Below are positions 1 through 8,868 of a stretch of DNA of 64,000 nt, piece after piece (within the stretch, counting starts at the first letter, position 1; each line of letters begins with the position of its first letter). The DNA comes from an uncultured bacterium. Lineage in GTDB: Bacteria; Krumholzibacteriota; Krumholzibacteriia; LZORAL124-64-63. The notes beneath the pieces are model-generated. The model saw only the letters and a program-made list of their open reading frames with translations, did not search any database and had not been told where the DNA came from. The DNA lies in NCBI GenBank assembly GCA_963727525.1, contig CAVSGO010000007.1, forward strand, positions 1,024,001 through 1,088,000. Reading direction: 5' to 3'. Both the position numbers and the translations under genes were made by a program.

Positions 1-64
1 GGGACATGAGGAAATTCCGCAAGCAGATCGCCGGCACGGGACGTCGCGGAGCAGAGAAGCCTGC

Positions 65-454
65 CTAGGTCGCTGTCATGAGGAGGTTGATGTGCTCCTC
101 GAGGATCCGCGCCGCCTCCGGCTCCATCGCCGTGAAAAATACGGCGATCTCGTAGGAATCCTGGCCGGGCGTGGGCTGCTCGGGCTCGCTGCGTACGACG
201 AGGCCCTCGCACTGCACCAGGGCGAGGTCGGGTGGCGCACCCGCGGGCCCCGCAACGGTGAGCTCGAGACCGAGCGCGAGCTTCGTCATCGGGGCGATGA
301 AGTGGTCGGTGAGGAAATATGCGCCGGACGTGGAGATGTTGATGGTCTGCAGGTTGGCAGCCAACGTGCTGTCAGATCCGACAGGGACGCTCACCTTCAG
401 CTTGAGATTCGCGTCCACGCGCTGGGCGCGGCGTCGTTCGGAGAACGCGGCCAT
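65..454 (-). CDS. PilZ-domain c-di-GMP-binding protein
   Basis: 129 aa; RxxxR motif (ERRRAQR) and N/DxSxxG motif (NISTSG); GGAGG RBS upstream. Confidence 0.85.
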   Translation of the reverse strand: MAAFSERRRAQRVDANLKLKVSVPVGSDSTLAANLQTINISTSGAYFLTDHFIAPMTKLALGLELTVAGPAGAPPDLALVQCEGLVVRSEPEQPTPGQDSYEIAVFFTAMEPEAARILEEHINLLMTAT

Positions 455-502
455 GAGACCCTCCTGGTTGGCGCTTCCGACGATCTCCCTATCAAGAGCC
501 GT

Positions 503-524
503 GCCGGCGCCCGAAGGCGCCGGC
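503..524 (-). terminator. GC hairpin with cUUCGg tetraloop downstream of the small basic-protein gene
   Basis: 9-bp stem GCCGGCGCC-TTCG-GGCGCCGGC on minus strand; U-tract weak. Confidence 0.5.
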
Positions 525-534
525 CCCGCACCGC

Positions 535-624
535 TTACTTCTTCTTGTGACGGTTCTTGCGCAGACGCTTCTTGCGCTTGTGCGTCGCGATCTTCTTGCG
601 CTTGCGCTTGCGGCCGTTGGGCAT
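535..624 (-). CDS. Small basic protein, AURKAIP1/COX24 (bS22/mS38-like) family
   Basis: 29 aa MPNGRKRKRKKIATHKRKKRLRKNRHKKK; ATG at 624 preceded by GAGGTGGG. Confidence 0.85.
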   Translation of the reverse strand: MPNGRKRKRKKIATHKRKKRLRKNRHKKK

Positions 625-741
625 CGTCCCACCTCTTCGATCTGTGTCAAACGGGGCTATCGCGGCGGATGCCCCTCTCCAAAAGCGACGGCCCAAGATA
701 GTTTGCCGCGCCGCGGCACACAACCCCGGGCTATCGGTTTC

Positions 742-1023
742 TCAATCCTTGTCGTTCAGTCGGGCCTTCAACTCGTTGGAAGCCTTGAAGTACGGGACTC
801 GCTTGGCAGGCACCCCCACCGCGTCGCCGGTCCGCGGATTGCGCGCGAGGCGCGAGCGCCGGTTCTTGACCTTGAAACTCCCGAAACCGCGCAGTTCGAC
901 CTTGTCGTCCGCGACCAGGGCTCGCCCTATGTTCTCGAGGATCAAGTTGACGATGATGCCCGTGTCCTTCTTGCTGACACCCGTCTCGTTCGCGATCAAC
1001 TCGACCAGCTCCGCCTTGGTCAT
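742..1023 (-). CDS. HU/IHF-family DNA-binding protein
   Basis: MTKAELV...VELRGFGSF...ARNPRTG...VPYFKAS signature; GGAGG RBS before ATG 1023. Confidence 0.95.
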   Translation of the reverse strand: MTKAELVELIANETGVSKKDTGIIVNLILENIGRALVADDKVELRGFGSFKVKNRRSRLARNPRTGDAVGVPAKRVPYFKASNELKARLNDKD

Positions 1024-1084
1024 GATCCACGTTCCTCCTGCATTACCAGTTTCGAGATCGACGTGTCCGCGGTATGAGGGGCAG

Positions 1085-1113
1085 ACGTTAGCATGCGAGA
1101 TATTGGGTGTCAA
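1085..1113 (-). promoter_or_regulatory. Sigma70 promoter of HU/IHF gene
   Basis: TTGACA-N17-TAACGT with TG extension on minus strand. Confidence 0.7.
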
Positions 1114-1450
1114 CTAACGGAATCACAGGAAGTTGCGAAAAAAAGAATGTTTCCCGTGGCTTGCCGCGTGACCAACCGGAAGGGGCCTGCAAGATGTGAC
1201 GTGCGGGCGTTCCAGCGGCCAAACACGGGCAGCACAGGAAACATTGGCCTCATACCAACAAGAGTCGGGCCAGCGTGAATCAGGCACGCACGCTTTCTGC
1301 GCAGACATCACTCAAGTTATTTTATGGCAAAAAGTTGAGAAAGAAGCCGGTCGACGGGCCCCCGACCGTGATGCGGAGCGACCCGGCCGTCGGTGCCGCA
1401 ATCGGCAACGTTGAACCGCCACCGGCCGTGCAACACGCCGACACGCGACC

Positions 1451-2854
1451 TCAGGCCCCGGCGAGATACCGGAACAGAGCGCCGTGTGCGTCCGTGAGCT
1501 GGCAGCCGCGCCGCCCCAGCACCACCTCTGCCGTATCCAGGGCCCGCCCCACATCGTAGGGCGTACCGCGACCGTCGCCCCAGGTGAACATGGGCAGCGT
1601 CTTGGGTGGAAATCCAGTGGCGAACACATTGCTCGCGAAACCCACGCAGGTGGCCGTGTTCAGGAGGGTGCCAATGGCGGTCTTCACGTGTTCGCCGGCG
1701 AGCAATCCGAGGAACTGCAAGCCGGTATCCTGAGGGCCGGAGCCATCGTCGACCCGGATCGGACCGTAGTTGTTCTTCAGGTCGCTGCAGGTCGTCATGG
1801 CGCCCAGATTCACCCAGCTACCGAGATAGGCGTGACCGATGAAACCGTCGTGCTGCTTGTTGACGAAGTCGAGAAAGGTGCTCTCGCCGATCTCGCCCGC
1901 AACCCTGTTCACGGCGCCAAGCGAGGTCTCGCCATAGATGCGGGCACCCGCCTTCACCACCGATCCCGGCCCGATGTAGAGCGGCCCCTCCAGGTAACAC
2001 TGCGGCATCACCCGTACGCGGCGATCGATGACCACGGGGCCGGCACTGGCATCGATGACCACGCCCGGCGCCACGACCACGTCGTCTCCCATGTACACAT
2101 GCCCATCCGCGAGTACCGTGACGCCATCCAGACCCACCGAACCGCGCACCAGCGCCGTCCCTTGCGTCCATGGCGCGGGCCCGCCGCCATCCGGTAGCAC
2201 ACCCCACGGTTGGCGCGGGGGCAGTCCGCGCTCGCCGAGCCGGGCCGCGTCGGCTGCGATGGCCGGCCCCGTGGCGCCCACGAGGTCCCAGAGCCGTTGC
2301 CATGCCGCGGGAAGCACCTGCGCCACGGGCAGGCGGGGCGTGGCCACCGGCACCTCGGGTGCGAAGATGGGCGGCGCGGTCCGGGGATCGCGCCAGCACG
2401 CGCCGTGCACGGACACGTCGTCCCACGCTCGCCACGCCTCCAGGAAGGCCGCGACGTGCTCGCCGCCCAGGCAGACCGCCAGGAGACCGTCGTCGTCGCG
2501 CCAGCTCCAGTCCTGAGGATCCTGGGCCGCCGCCAGGAGCGCATCGATCACACGCCAGTCGGCGCCCACGCGGGCCCCGATCGCGAGCAACCGCCGCCCG
2601 GCCGATTCCGCGATCGCCTCGGCCAGCGCGTCCGCGCCCACCAGCGCGCCGCCCGTAGGCGCCAGACCTCCCAGGGCAGCCAGATCGCCCAGGTGGCTGC
2701 GTGGCAGCAGTACCGGTGGCTTGCCCGTGAGGCGCGCGAGACGCTCGCGCAGGTTCAGGATGCCGCAGCGCAGCTCGTAGACCGGAACGCTCGCGCTGAG
2801 CGGGCGGAAATGGGAGGCAGTGTGGTCCTCGAACACGGCGAGAATGGGATTCAC
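1451..2854 (-). CDS. Alternative GlmU-like sugar nucleotidyltransferase/acyltransferase
   Basis: N-terminal FED...FRPL...ELRCGI; hexapeptide beta-helix; NKQHDGFIGHAYLGSWVNLGA.TTCSDLKNNY. Confidence 0.8.
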   Translation of the reverse strand: MNPILAVFEDHTASHFRPLSASVPVYELRCGILNLRERLARLTGKPPVLLPRSHLGDLAALGGLAPTGGALVGADALAEAIAESAGRRLLAIGARVGADWRVIDALLAAAQDPQDWSWRDDDGLLAVCLGGEHVAAFLEAWRAWDDVSVHGACWRDPRTAPPIFAPEVPVATPRLPVAQVLPAAWQRLWDLVGATGPAIAADAARLGERGLPPRQPWGVLPDGGGPAPWTQGTALVRGSVGLDGVTVLADGHVYMGDDVVVAPGVVIDASAGPVVIDRRVRVMPQCYLEGPLYIGPGSVVKAGARIYGETSLGAVNRVAGEIGESTFLDFVNKQHDGFIGHAYLGSWVNLGAMTTCSDLKNNYGPIRVDDGSGPQDTGLQFLGLLAGEHVKTAIGTLLNTATCVGFASNVFATGFPPKTLPMFTWGDGRGTPYDVGRALDTAEVVLGRRGCQLTDAHGALFRYLAGA

Positions 2855-2905
2855 GGCGGCGACCTCCCTGAAACAGTTCCAGCCCCCAGTCCTCCGGTTG
2901 CTGGG

Positions 2906-2934
2906 ATCTTAGCCCGGCGCCTCGAACCCGCCAA
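2906..2934 (-). promoter_or_regulatory. Putative sigma70 promoter of GlmU-like gene
   Basis: TTGGCG-N17-TAAGAT. Confidence 0.45.
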
Positions 2935-2958
2935 GCATCACCTGAGGTGCCACCGCCG

Positions 2959-3189
2959 TCACGCGAGGACGTCGAGGAGAGTCCCCAGCATCTCGTCGGC
3001 CGACCGCACGACGGCGAAGCTCGCCTCCATGCCGCGCCGCGCGACCTGTAGCCCCGCGAATGCCCCCGGCAGGTCGTCCAGAGGTTCGCCGGAAGTCCCG
3101 GCGCGGGCGATGGTTTCCGCCTGCGCCTCGAAACGGCGCTTGTTGTGCTCGATGCCCTGGAGGGCCGCACCCAGGCCGGACACTGTCAT
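2959..3189 (-). CDS. Small flagellar basal-body-rod C-terminal-domain-like protein
   Basis: 76 aa; N-terminal ALQGI..A..IA and C-terminal VVRSADEMLGTLLDVLA resemble the termini of rod/hook axial proteins; GGAGG RBS. Confidence 0.7.
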   Translation of the reverse strand: MTVSGLGAALQGIEHNKRRFEAQAETIARAGTSGEPLDDLPGAFAGLQVARRGMEASFAVVRSADEMLGTLLDVLA

Positions 3190-3209
3190 GGCGCACCTCC
3201 TCGCCCCTG

Positions 3210-3236
3210 GTTTCGGCCGGTATCCGGCGGACTTGA
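3210..3236 (-). promoter_or_regulatory. Sigma28 (FliA)-type promoter
   Basis: TCAAG-N14-GCCGAAAC, 20 nt upstream of ATG 3189. Confidence 0.65.
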
Positions 3237-3331
3237 GCAAAAACAGCGATTCCGAGCCCGCGATCGCGACTTCTCTCGCAGCACTGGCCATGGTATCTTC
3301 GCACCGGGTCAGCCAGTGGGAGGTGTTCGGG

Positions 3332-3658
3332 ATGACTGGCGATTTCTTCGAGACTTTCTGCGACCGGTGCATCCACCGTCGTTTCGAAGCGAGCCGCGGG
3401 GTCGTATGCGGCCTCACCGATCAGCGGCCCGATACGACCAGGCCCTGCGCGGAGCTGGTCATCGACCCCGAGCGCGCCGAGGATGTCGCCCTGCTCCAGC
3501 GCAACCGCGAACGGTTCGAGACCGTGATCGCCATCGAGGAGTCGATGACCAACGGCCGCTCGAGCGGCATCGGTTCCGGACCTCGGATCTGGATCTACAC
3601 GACGATGGGGATCGTGATCGCCAGCCTCGCCTACCTCGTGGATCGATGCGGCCGCTGA
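3332..3658 (+). CDS. Hypothetical Cys4 protein with C-terminal transmembrane helix
   Basis: 108 aa; GGAGG RBS; CDRC-x12-C-x12-C; hydrophobic tail IWIYTTMGIVIASLAYLV. Confidence 0.7.
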   Translation: MTGDFFETFCDRCIHRRFEASRGVVCGLTDQRPDTTRPCAELVIDPERAEDVALLQRNRERFETVIAIEESMTNGRSSGIGSGPRIWIYTTMGIVIASLAYLVDRCGR

Positions 3659-3782
3659 ACGGAGCGCACCCCGCGAGCACAGGGTCGATTCCGTCGCGGC
3701 GACGTGGTATCATTGATGGCGTGAACGCACGCCCCGGTTCCCCTGGGACCGGGCTCCACCCATGTCTCCCGAGGAGCCCACG

Positions 3783-5606
3783 ATGCCCCGCCGCGCTTTG
3801 TTCCTGTTCGCATTGCTGGCCACCCTTGGTCTTGCCGGCTCCTCTCTACCGAGCCGCGCCCTCGCCGCTGACCCGCCTACGCCCTCCCAGGCGCCGGAGC
3901 TGGCGGATCAGGCTCGGGAATGGGACGTCGACGGTCTCGAACCGTTGCTGCCGCACGCCACCACTCAGGCTGAACTCGACTTCTGGCAAGGTCGCGAGGA
4001 CGAGAAGCCCGGCCGCCTGCTGCCCGACGACCCGCCGCCCGTGGCGCCGGTGCGCAACTGCGCAGAATGGGAACCGTGCACGGGGGTGCTGATCCGCTAC
4101 CCGCTAGGGCTGCCGTATAACCTGCTGCAGGATCTCGACGATGATGTCACGCTGCACGTCGTCGTGTCGTCGTCGTACCTCGCGACAGCCCAGTCGTCGC
4201 TGCTCAACAACGGCGTGGACATGAGCCGCGTGGAATTCCTGGTACGCGCGAACGACTCCATCTGGACCCGCGACTATGGCCCCTGGTTCATCTTCGACGG
4301 CAACGGGGACATCGGCATCGTCAACCACACGTACAACCGGCCGTCCCGCCCCAACGACAATCTCATCCCCCTGTACTTCGGCCAGGAGCAAGGTATTCCT
4401 GTCTACAGCCACAGCATGTACCACACCGGCGGCAACTACATGACCGACGGTGCGCACATCAGCTGTTCCACGCGCCTGGTGTACAACGAGGCCGCCACCT
4501 ACAACGGCATGACGCAAGCTCAGGTCGATCAGCTCATGCTCGATTACTACGGCGTGCAGAACTACGACGTGCTCGACTACATCGAGAGCGGCGGTATCCA
4601 CCACATCGACACCTGGGCCAAGTTCCTCGACGAGGAGACGGTGATGGTGAAGCAGGTGTGGCCCTCGCACGGCACCTACGCGCCTCTGGAGCAGCGCGCC
4701 ACGTTGCTGGCGTCGCTGCAGGCATCGACCGGACGCCATTACCAGGTGCACCGCGTCTACTGCTACAGCACGTCGAGCGGCCCGGCGAGCTACACGAACA
4801 GCCTGGTCCTCAATGACAACATCTACGTGCCTTTCTTCGGCAACAGCACGTACGACCAGCAGGCCCTGGACGCCTATCGCGAGGCCGAGCCCGGCTACAC
4901 GGTGCGCGGCTACTACTACAGCGGGTTCCTCAGCGACGACGCGCTTCACTGTCGGGCCAAGGGCGTCATGGACGGCGGCATGCTACGCGTGGCCCACGTG
5001 CCGATCATCACGGACCAGCCGGCCGGACCCGTGCCCTTGACCGTGGACGTGCGGGCCCATAGCGGCATGGACGTGACGCTCGTGCGCGCCTATTACCGCC
5101 TGGGCGGCGGCGACTGGCAATCCGTGGATCTCGTGCCGACCGGCACGCCCGACCAGTATACGGGAGCGCTTCCGACGGCGGGCGCCAGCGGCGACACCTG
5201 CGACTACTTCATCCATGCCGAGGACGCCTCCGGACGGCACGAGGGCATGCCGCGCGTCGAACCCGCGCGCTGGTACAGCTTCTGGCACGCCGGCACGCCC
5301 ACGGCGGTCGCTGGTGGCACCGCTCCTGCGGCGGCTGTCCTGCACCCCAATTACCCCAACCCGTTCAATCCCAGCACTGTCTTCAGCTTCGATCTGAAGT
5401 ACGCCGACACGGTGTCGCTGGATGTCATCGACGCCCGCGGCCACCGCGTGCGCACGTTGATCACCGGCCCCTGTCCGGCCGGCCACACCGAGATCGCCTG
5501 GTATGGCGACGACGATCAGGGTCGGGCAGTCGCCTCTGGGACCTATTACTACCGGCTGCGTGCAGCCGGTCTGCAGTACTCGCGAGCGGCGACGCTGATC
5601 AAGTAG
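3783..5606 (+). CDS. Secreted agmatine/peptidyl-arginine deiminase family protein with C-terminal FlgD-Ig/sorting-like domain
   Basis: Signal peptide; AEWE, WTRDYGP, GGN...DG, HID and LHC motifs; C-terminal HPNYPNPFNPST...SGTYYYRL. Confidence 0.85.
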   Translation: MPRRALFLFALLATLGLAGSSLPSRALAADPPTPSQAPELADQAREWDVDGLEPLLPHATTQAELDFWQGREDEKPGRLLPDDPPPVAPVRNCAEWEPCTGVLIRYPLGLPYNLLQDLDDDVTLHVVVSSSYLATAQSSLLNNGVDMSRVEFLVRANDSIWTRDYGPWFIFDGNGDIGIVNHTYNRPSRPNDNLIPLYFGQEQGIPVYSHSMYHTGGNYMTDGAHISCSTRLVYNEAATYNGMTQAQVDQLMLDYYGVQNYDVLDYIESGGIHHIDTWAKFLDEETVMVKQVWPSHGTYAPLEQRATLLASLQASTGRHYQVHRVYCYSTSSGPASYTNSLVLNDNIYVPFFGNSTYDQQALDAYREAEPGYTVRGYYYSGFLSDDALHCRAKGVMDGGMLRVAHVPIITDQPAGPVPLTVDVRAHSGMDVTLVRAYYRLGGGDWQSVDLVPTGTPDQYTGALPTAGASGDTCDYFIHAEDASGRHEGMPRVEPARWYSFWHAGTPTAVAGGTAPAAAVLHPNYPNPFNPSTVFSFDLKYADTVSLDVIDARGHRVRTLITGPCPAGHTEIAWYGDDDQGRAVASGTYYYRLRAAGLQYSRAATLIK

Positions 5607-5645
5607 ACGCGCCCCGACGAGACATGCCCCATGGCTACGGACACG

Positions 5646-5674
5646 CGAGCCCCGGTCACTGCGACTGGGGCTCG
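5646..5674. terminator. Hairpin between convergent genes
   Basis: 12-bp stem CGAGCCCCGGTC/GACTGGGGCTCG (one G-U pair), 5-nt loop. Confidence 0.5.
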
Positions 5675-5700
5675 GCGTTTCGAGGCGGGAGCAACCGGCG

Positions 5701-8700
5701 TCAGGCCTGGCGCGGCCGGCGCCACAGATGCCGCGGCCCGTCCCACATGGCCCAGCGTAGGCCGGCCTTGACCGTATCGAGGCTGGCGTACATCACCGGC
5801 ACGACCACCAGGGTCAGGAACGTGGCCACGGTGAGTCCCCAGATCACCGCCACGCCCATCGGCCCCCACCACTCGCTCGATTCGCTCCCGACGACCAGCA
5901 CCCGGTGCAGATGACCGTGGAAGAGCTGGATGAAGTCGATCGAGCAGCCGGTGGTCAGTGGCACGAGACCCAGGATCGTGGTCACGGCCGTCAGCACCAC
6001 GGGGCGGAAACGCGTGAGACCGGCGCGTACGACCGCCTCATGCAGCCCGAGTCCGCGGCCGCGGAGCTGGTTCACGTAGTCGATGAGCACGATCGCGTTG
6101 TTCACCACCACGCCGGCCAGCGAGATCACGCCCACGCCGGTCATGATGATGCCGAACGGCGTGCCCGTGGCCAGCAGACCCAGGAGCACGCCGATGAGAG
6201 AGAGCACCACGCTGGACAGGATCACCAGCGGCTGCGTGACGGATCCGAACTGCGAGATCAGCACGAGGAAGATGAGCATGATCGCCACGCCGAACGCGTC
6301 GCTGAGAAAGCTCTGGGCCTCGGCCTGATCCTCGCTCTCGCCGGTGTACGCAATGGTGTATCCCGCTGGAATACTGAAGTCGTTCAGTCCTTCCTGAACC
6401 TTGGCCAGCAACGCGTTGCCGTTGTAGCCGGGCGCCGCGTCAGCCATCACCGTCACCGTCCGCGTGCCGTCGATCCGGTGCACTGCCGCCAGCGCCGTCT
6501 TGAATCGGGGTTCGGCAAAGGCGGAGATGGGGATCGACTTGCCCTCGTAGAACACGGTCGCCGTCTGCAGATCTTCCACCTTGCGCCGAAACGGTTGCTG
6601 GTACCGCACGGTGATGTCGTACTCGTCCTCGCCCACGCGATACTTCGCGGTCTCGGAGCCGTGCAAGGCAGTGCGCACGGTGCCGGCGATGTCGGTGGTC
6701 TGCAGGCCGAAGCGTCCGGCCTTGTCGATGTCCGGCCGCAACTCGATCTCCGGCAGATCGTTGTCGTAGTTGTCCTCGATGTTGATCAGGCCCGGGATGT
6801 TGCGGATGCGTTCCTTCACCTGCGTGGCGAGATCGCCCAGCACGGAGAAGTCGCTGCCGGACAGCTCGATGTTCACCGGCTTGCCGGTGGGCGGTCCCTC
6901 GTCCATCTCCTCCACCGTCACCGTCGCGCCCGTGAAGTCGCGCAGGCGGTCGCGAAGATCGTCCAGGGCGTCGCGCGAGGGCCGGGAGCGGTCGATCTTG
7001 TCGACGAACTCCATCGTCACCATGGCCTCATTCGAGGGCGCCGCCTCCCCTCCGCCCATGCCGCCCCGCGACACGCCCACCTGCGCACTGTACGCCTTGA
7101 GATCGCCGATCTCCTTCACCTGCGACTCCACCTGGGCCGCGTAGGCGTCGGTGAGTTCGATCCGCGTGCCGCTCGGCGCGGCGATGGTGACCTGGGCCTG
7201 GTTGGGGTCGATCGAGGGGAACAGTTCCACCCCATGATTGAAACGGCCGTAGAGCACGAAGGAAACGACCAGAAGGAGGAACATGCTCACCACGGTACGG
7301 GCACGGTGCTTCAGCGCCCACAGCAGCAATGGCTCGTAGCTGCGCAGCCCGAGATTCATCAAACGATCGCCCAGCCTGGTGCTGCCGCCGCCCACCTTGG
7401 GCTCGCGCATGAAACGAGCGCAGAGTACCGGATTGAACACGAGCGCCACGAGCAGTGAGGCCGTGAGCGTGATGATCACGGTGATCGGCAGGTACTTCAT
7501 GAACCCGCCCATGATGCCCGGCCAGAAGATGAGCGGCCCGAACGCGGCCAGCGTGGTCAAGGTCGACGAGATGACCGCCGACGAAACCTGGTGCGTACCC
7601 ACGGTCGCCGACTGCTGCGCATCCATGCCCTTGCCGCGGTGACGATAGATGTTCTCCACGATGACGATGGCGTTGTCCACCAGCATGCCCAGGGCGAGGA
7701 TGAGGCTGAACAGCACCACCATGTTCAAGGTGATGTTCAGCGCCCGCAGCACGATGAACGTGATCAGCATCGAGAACGGGATGGCGGCGCCCACGAAGAG
7801 CGAGTTGGTGAACCCGAGGAAGAGGTAGAGCACCGCGACGACGAGAATCAGACCGCTGAGGATGTTGTTCTCCAGCTCGTTCACCATGTAGCGGATGTCT
7901 TGCGACTGGTCGCCCACGATGCTCACGCGGGTGCCGGTCGGAAACGTCGGTTCCAGACGCGCAAGCGTATCCCGTACCCGCTCGGCGATCGCGATGATGT
8001 TCTCGCCCGAACGCTTCTTGATCACCAGGGTCACGGCGTCGTGACCGTTGACGCGCGAGATCGTCTCGCGGTCTTTCACGCCGAAGTCCACGGTGGCCAC
8101 GTCGCGCAGGTAGACGGGGGTGGCCTCGCCGGGATTGACGACGAAGTCGAGCAGGCCGTCCACCTGCGCCACCTCGCCGGGTACGCGGACCTGGTAGTCG
8201 TACTGGCCGAAGCTGAGCTTACCGCCGGGAATGGTGACGTTCTGCAGCGAGATCGCGTCCTGCACGTCTTGCAGGCCGAGCCCGTAGAACGCGAGGCGCT
8301 CCGGATCCACGTTCACCTGCACCTCGTTCTCGATGCCGCCCACCAGGTCGGCCGAGAGTACGCCGGGAATCTGTTCCAGCGCTTCCTGCAGGTCCTCGCC
8401 CGTCTTCTTGAGGAGGAAGAGATCGTAATCGCCCGAGAGGTTCACCTGCATGATCGGCCAGTCGCTGGAACTCAACTCCATGATCAGCAGATCCTCGCGC
8501 GTGTCCGTCGGCAGGTCGGGCTTCGCCAGGTCCACGCGGTCGCGCACCTTCTGCAGGGCGTCGCTCATGTTCACCTTCGTGGTGAATTCGAGGGTGACCT
8601 CGGACATGCCGTAGAATGAGCTGCTCGTCATCTCCTTGAGATCGGGCAGGCCCTTCAGCTCGCGCTCGATCTTGCGGGTGACGAGGTTCTCCATGTCCTC

Positions 8701-8868
8701 GGGCGACGTGCCCGCGTACGGCGCCATGACCAGCACGTAGGGGATCTTCACGTCCGGGGCCGATTCACGGGGCAGCCGCACATACGAGATGATCCCCATG
8801 GTCGCGATGATGACCATGAACGCGAAGATCATCGGGTAGCGCTGGATCGATCCGGAGGTGATCTTCAT
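5701..8868 (-). CDS. RND efflux permease (AcrB/AcrD/AcrF family)
   Basis: 1055 aa; GMLVDNAIVIVENI, RFRPVVLT; two-fold TM/periplasmic architecture. Confidence 0.95.
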   Translation of the reverse strand: MKITSGSIQRYPMIFAFMVIIATMGIISYVRLPRESAPDVKIPYVLVMAPYAGTSPEDMENLVTRKIERELKGLPDLKEMTSSSFYGMSEVTLEFTTKVNMSDALQKVRDRVDLAKPDLPTDTREDLLIMELSSSDWPIMQVNLSGDYDLFLLKKTGEDLQEALEQIPGVLSADLVGGIENEVQVNVDPERLAFYGLGLQDVQDAISLQNVTIPGGKLSFGQYDYQVRVPGEVAQVDGLLDFVVNPGEATPVYLRDVATVDFGVKDRETISRVNGHDAVTLVIKKRSGENIIAIAERVRDTLARLEPTFPTGTRVSIVGDQSQDIRYMVNELENNILSGLILVVAVLYLFLGFTNSLFVGAAIPFSMLITFIVLRALNITLNMVVLFSLILALGMLVDNAIVIVENIYRHRGKGMDAQQSATVGTHQVSSAVISSTLTTLAAFGPLIFWPGIMGGFMKYLPITVIITLTASLLVALVFNPVLCARFMREPKVGGGSTRLGDRLMNLGLRSYEPLLLWALKHRARTVVSMFLLLVVSFVLYGRFNHGVELFPSIDPNQAQVTIAAPSGTRIELTDAYAAQVESQVKEIGDLKAYSAQVGVSRGGMGGGEAAPSNEAMVTMEFVDKIDRSRPSRDALDDLRDRLRDFTGATVTVEEMDEGPPTGKPVNIELSGSDFSVLGDLATQVKERIRNIPGLINIEDNYDNDLPEIELRPDIDKAGRFGLQTTDIAGTVRTALHGSETAKYRVGEDEYDITVRYQQPFRRKVEDLQTATVFYEGKSIPISAFAEPRFKTALAAVHRIDGTRTVTVMADAAPGYNGNALLAKVQEGLNDFSIPAGYTIAYTGESEDQAEAQSFLSDAFGVAIMLIFLVLISQFGSVTQPLVILSSVVLSLIGVLLGLLATGTPFGIIMTGVGVISLAGVVVNNAIVLIDYVNQLRGRGLGLHEAVVRAGLTRFRPVVLTAVTTILGLVPLTTGCSIDFIQLFHGHLHRVLVVGSESSEWWGPMGVAVIWGLTVATFLTLVVVPVMYASLDTVKAGLRWAMWDGPRHLWRRPRQA

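Noticed and set aside
645-650. Isolated TTGACA hexamers here and at 58383-58388
   Set aside because: No plausible -10 at 16-18 nt and too close to start codons
5701-8868. RND proton-relay motifs DN and NN instead of AcrB DD and KN
   Set aside because: VDNAIV/VNNAIV variants are common among RND permeases
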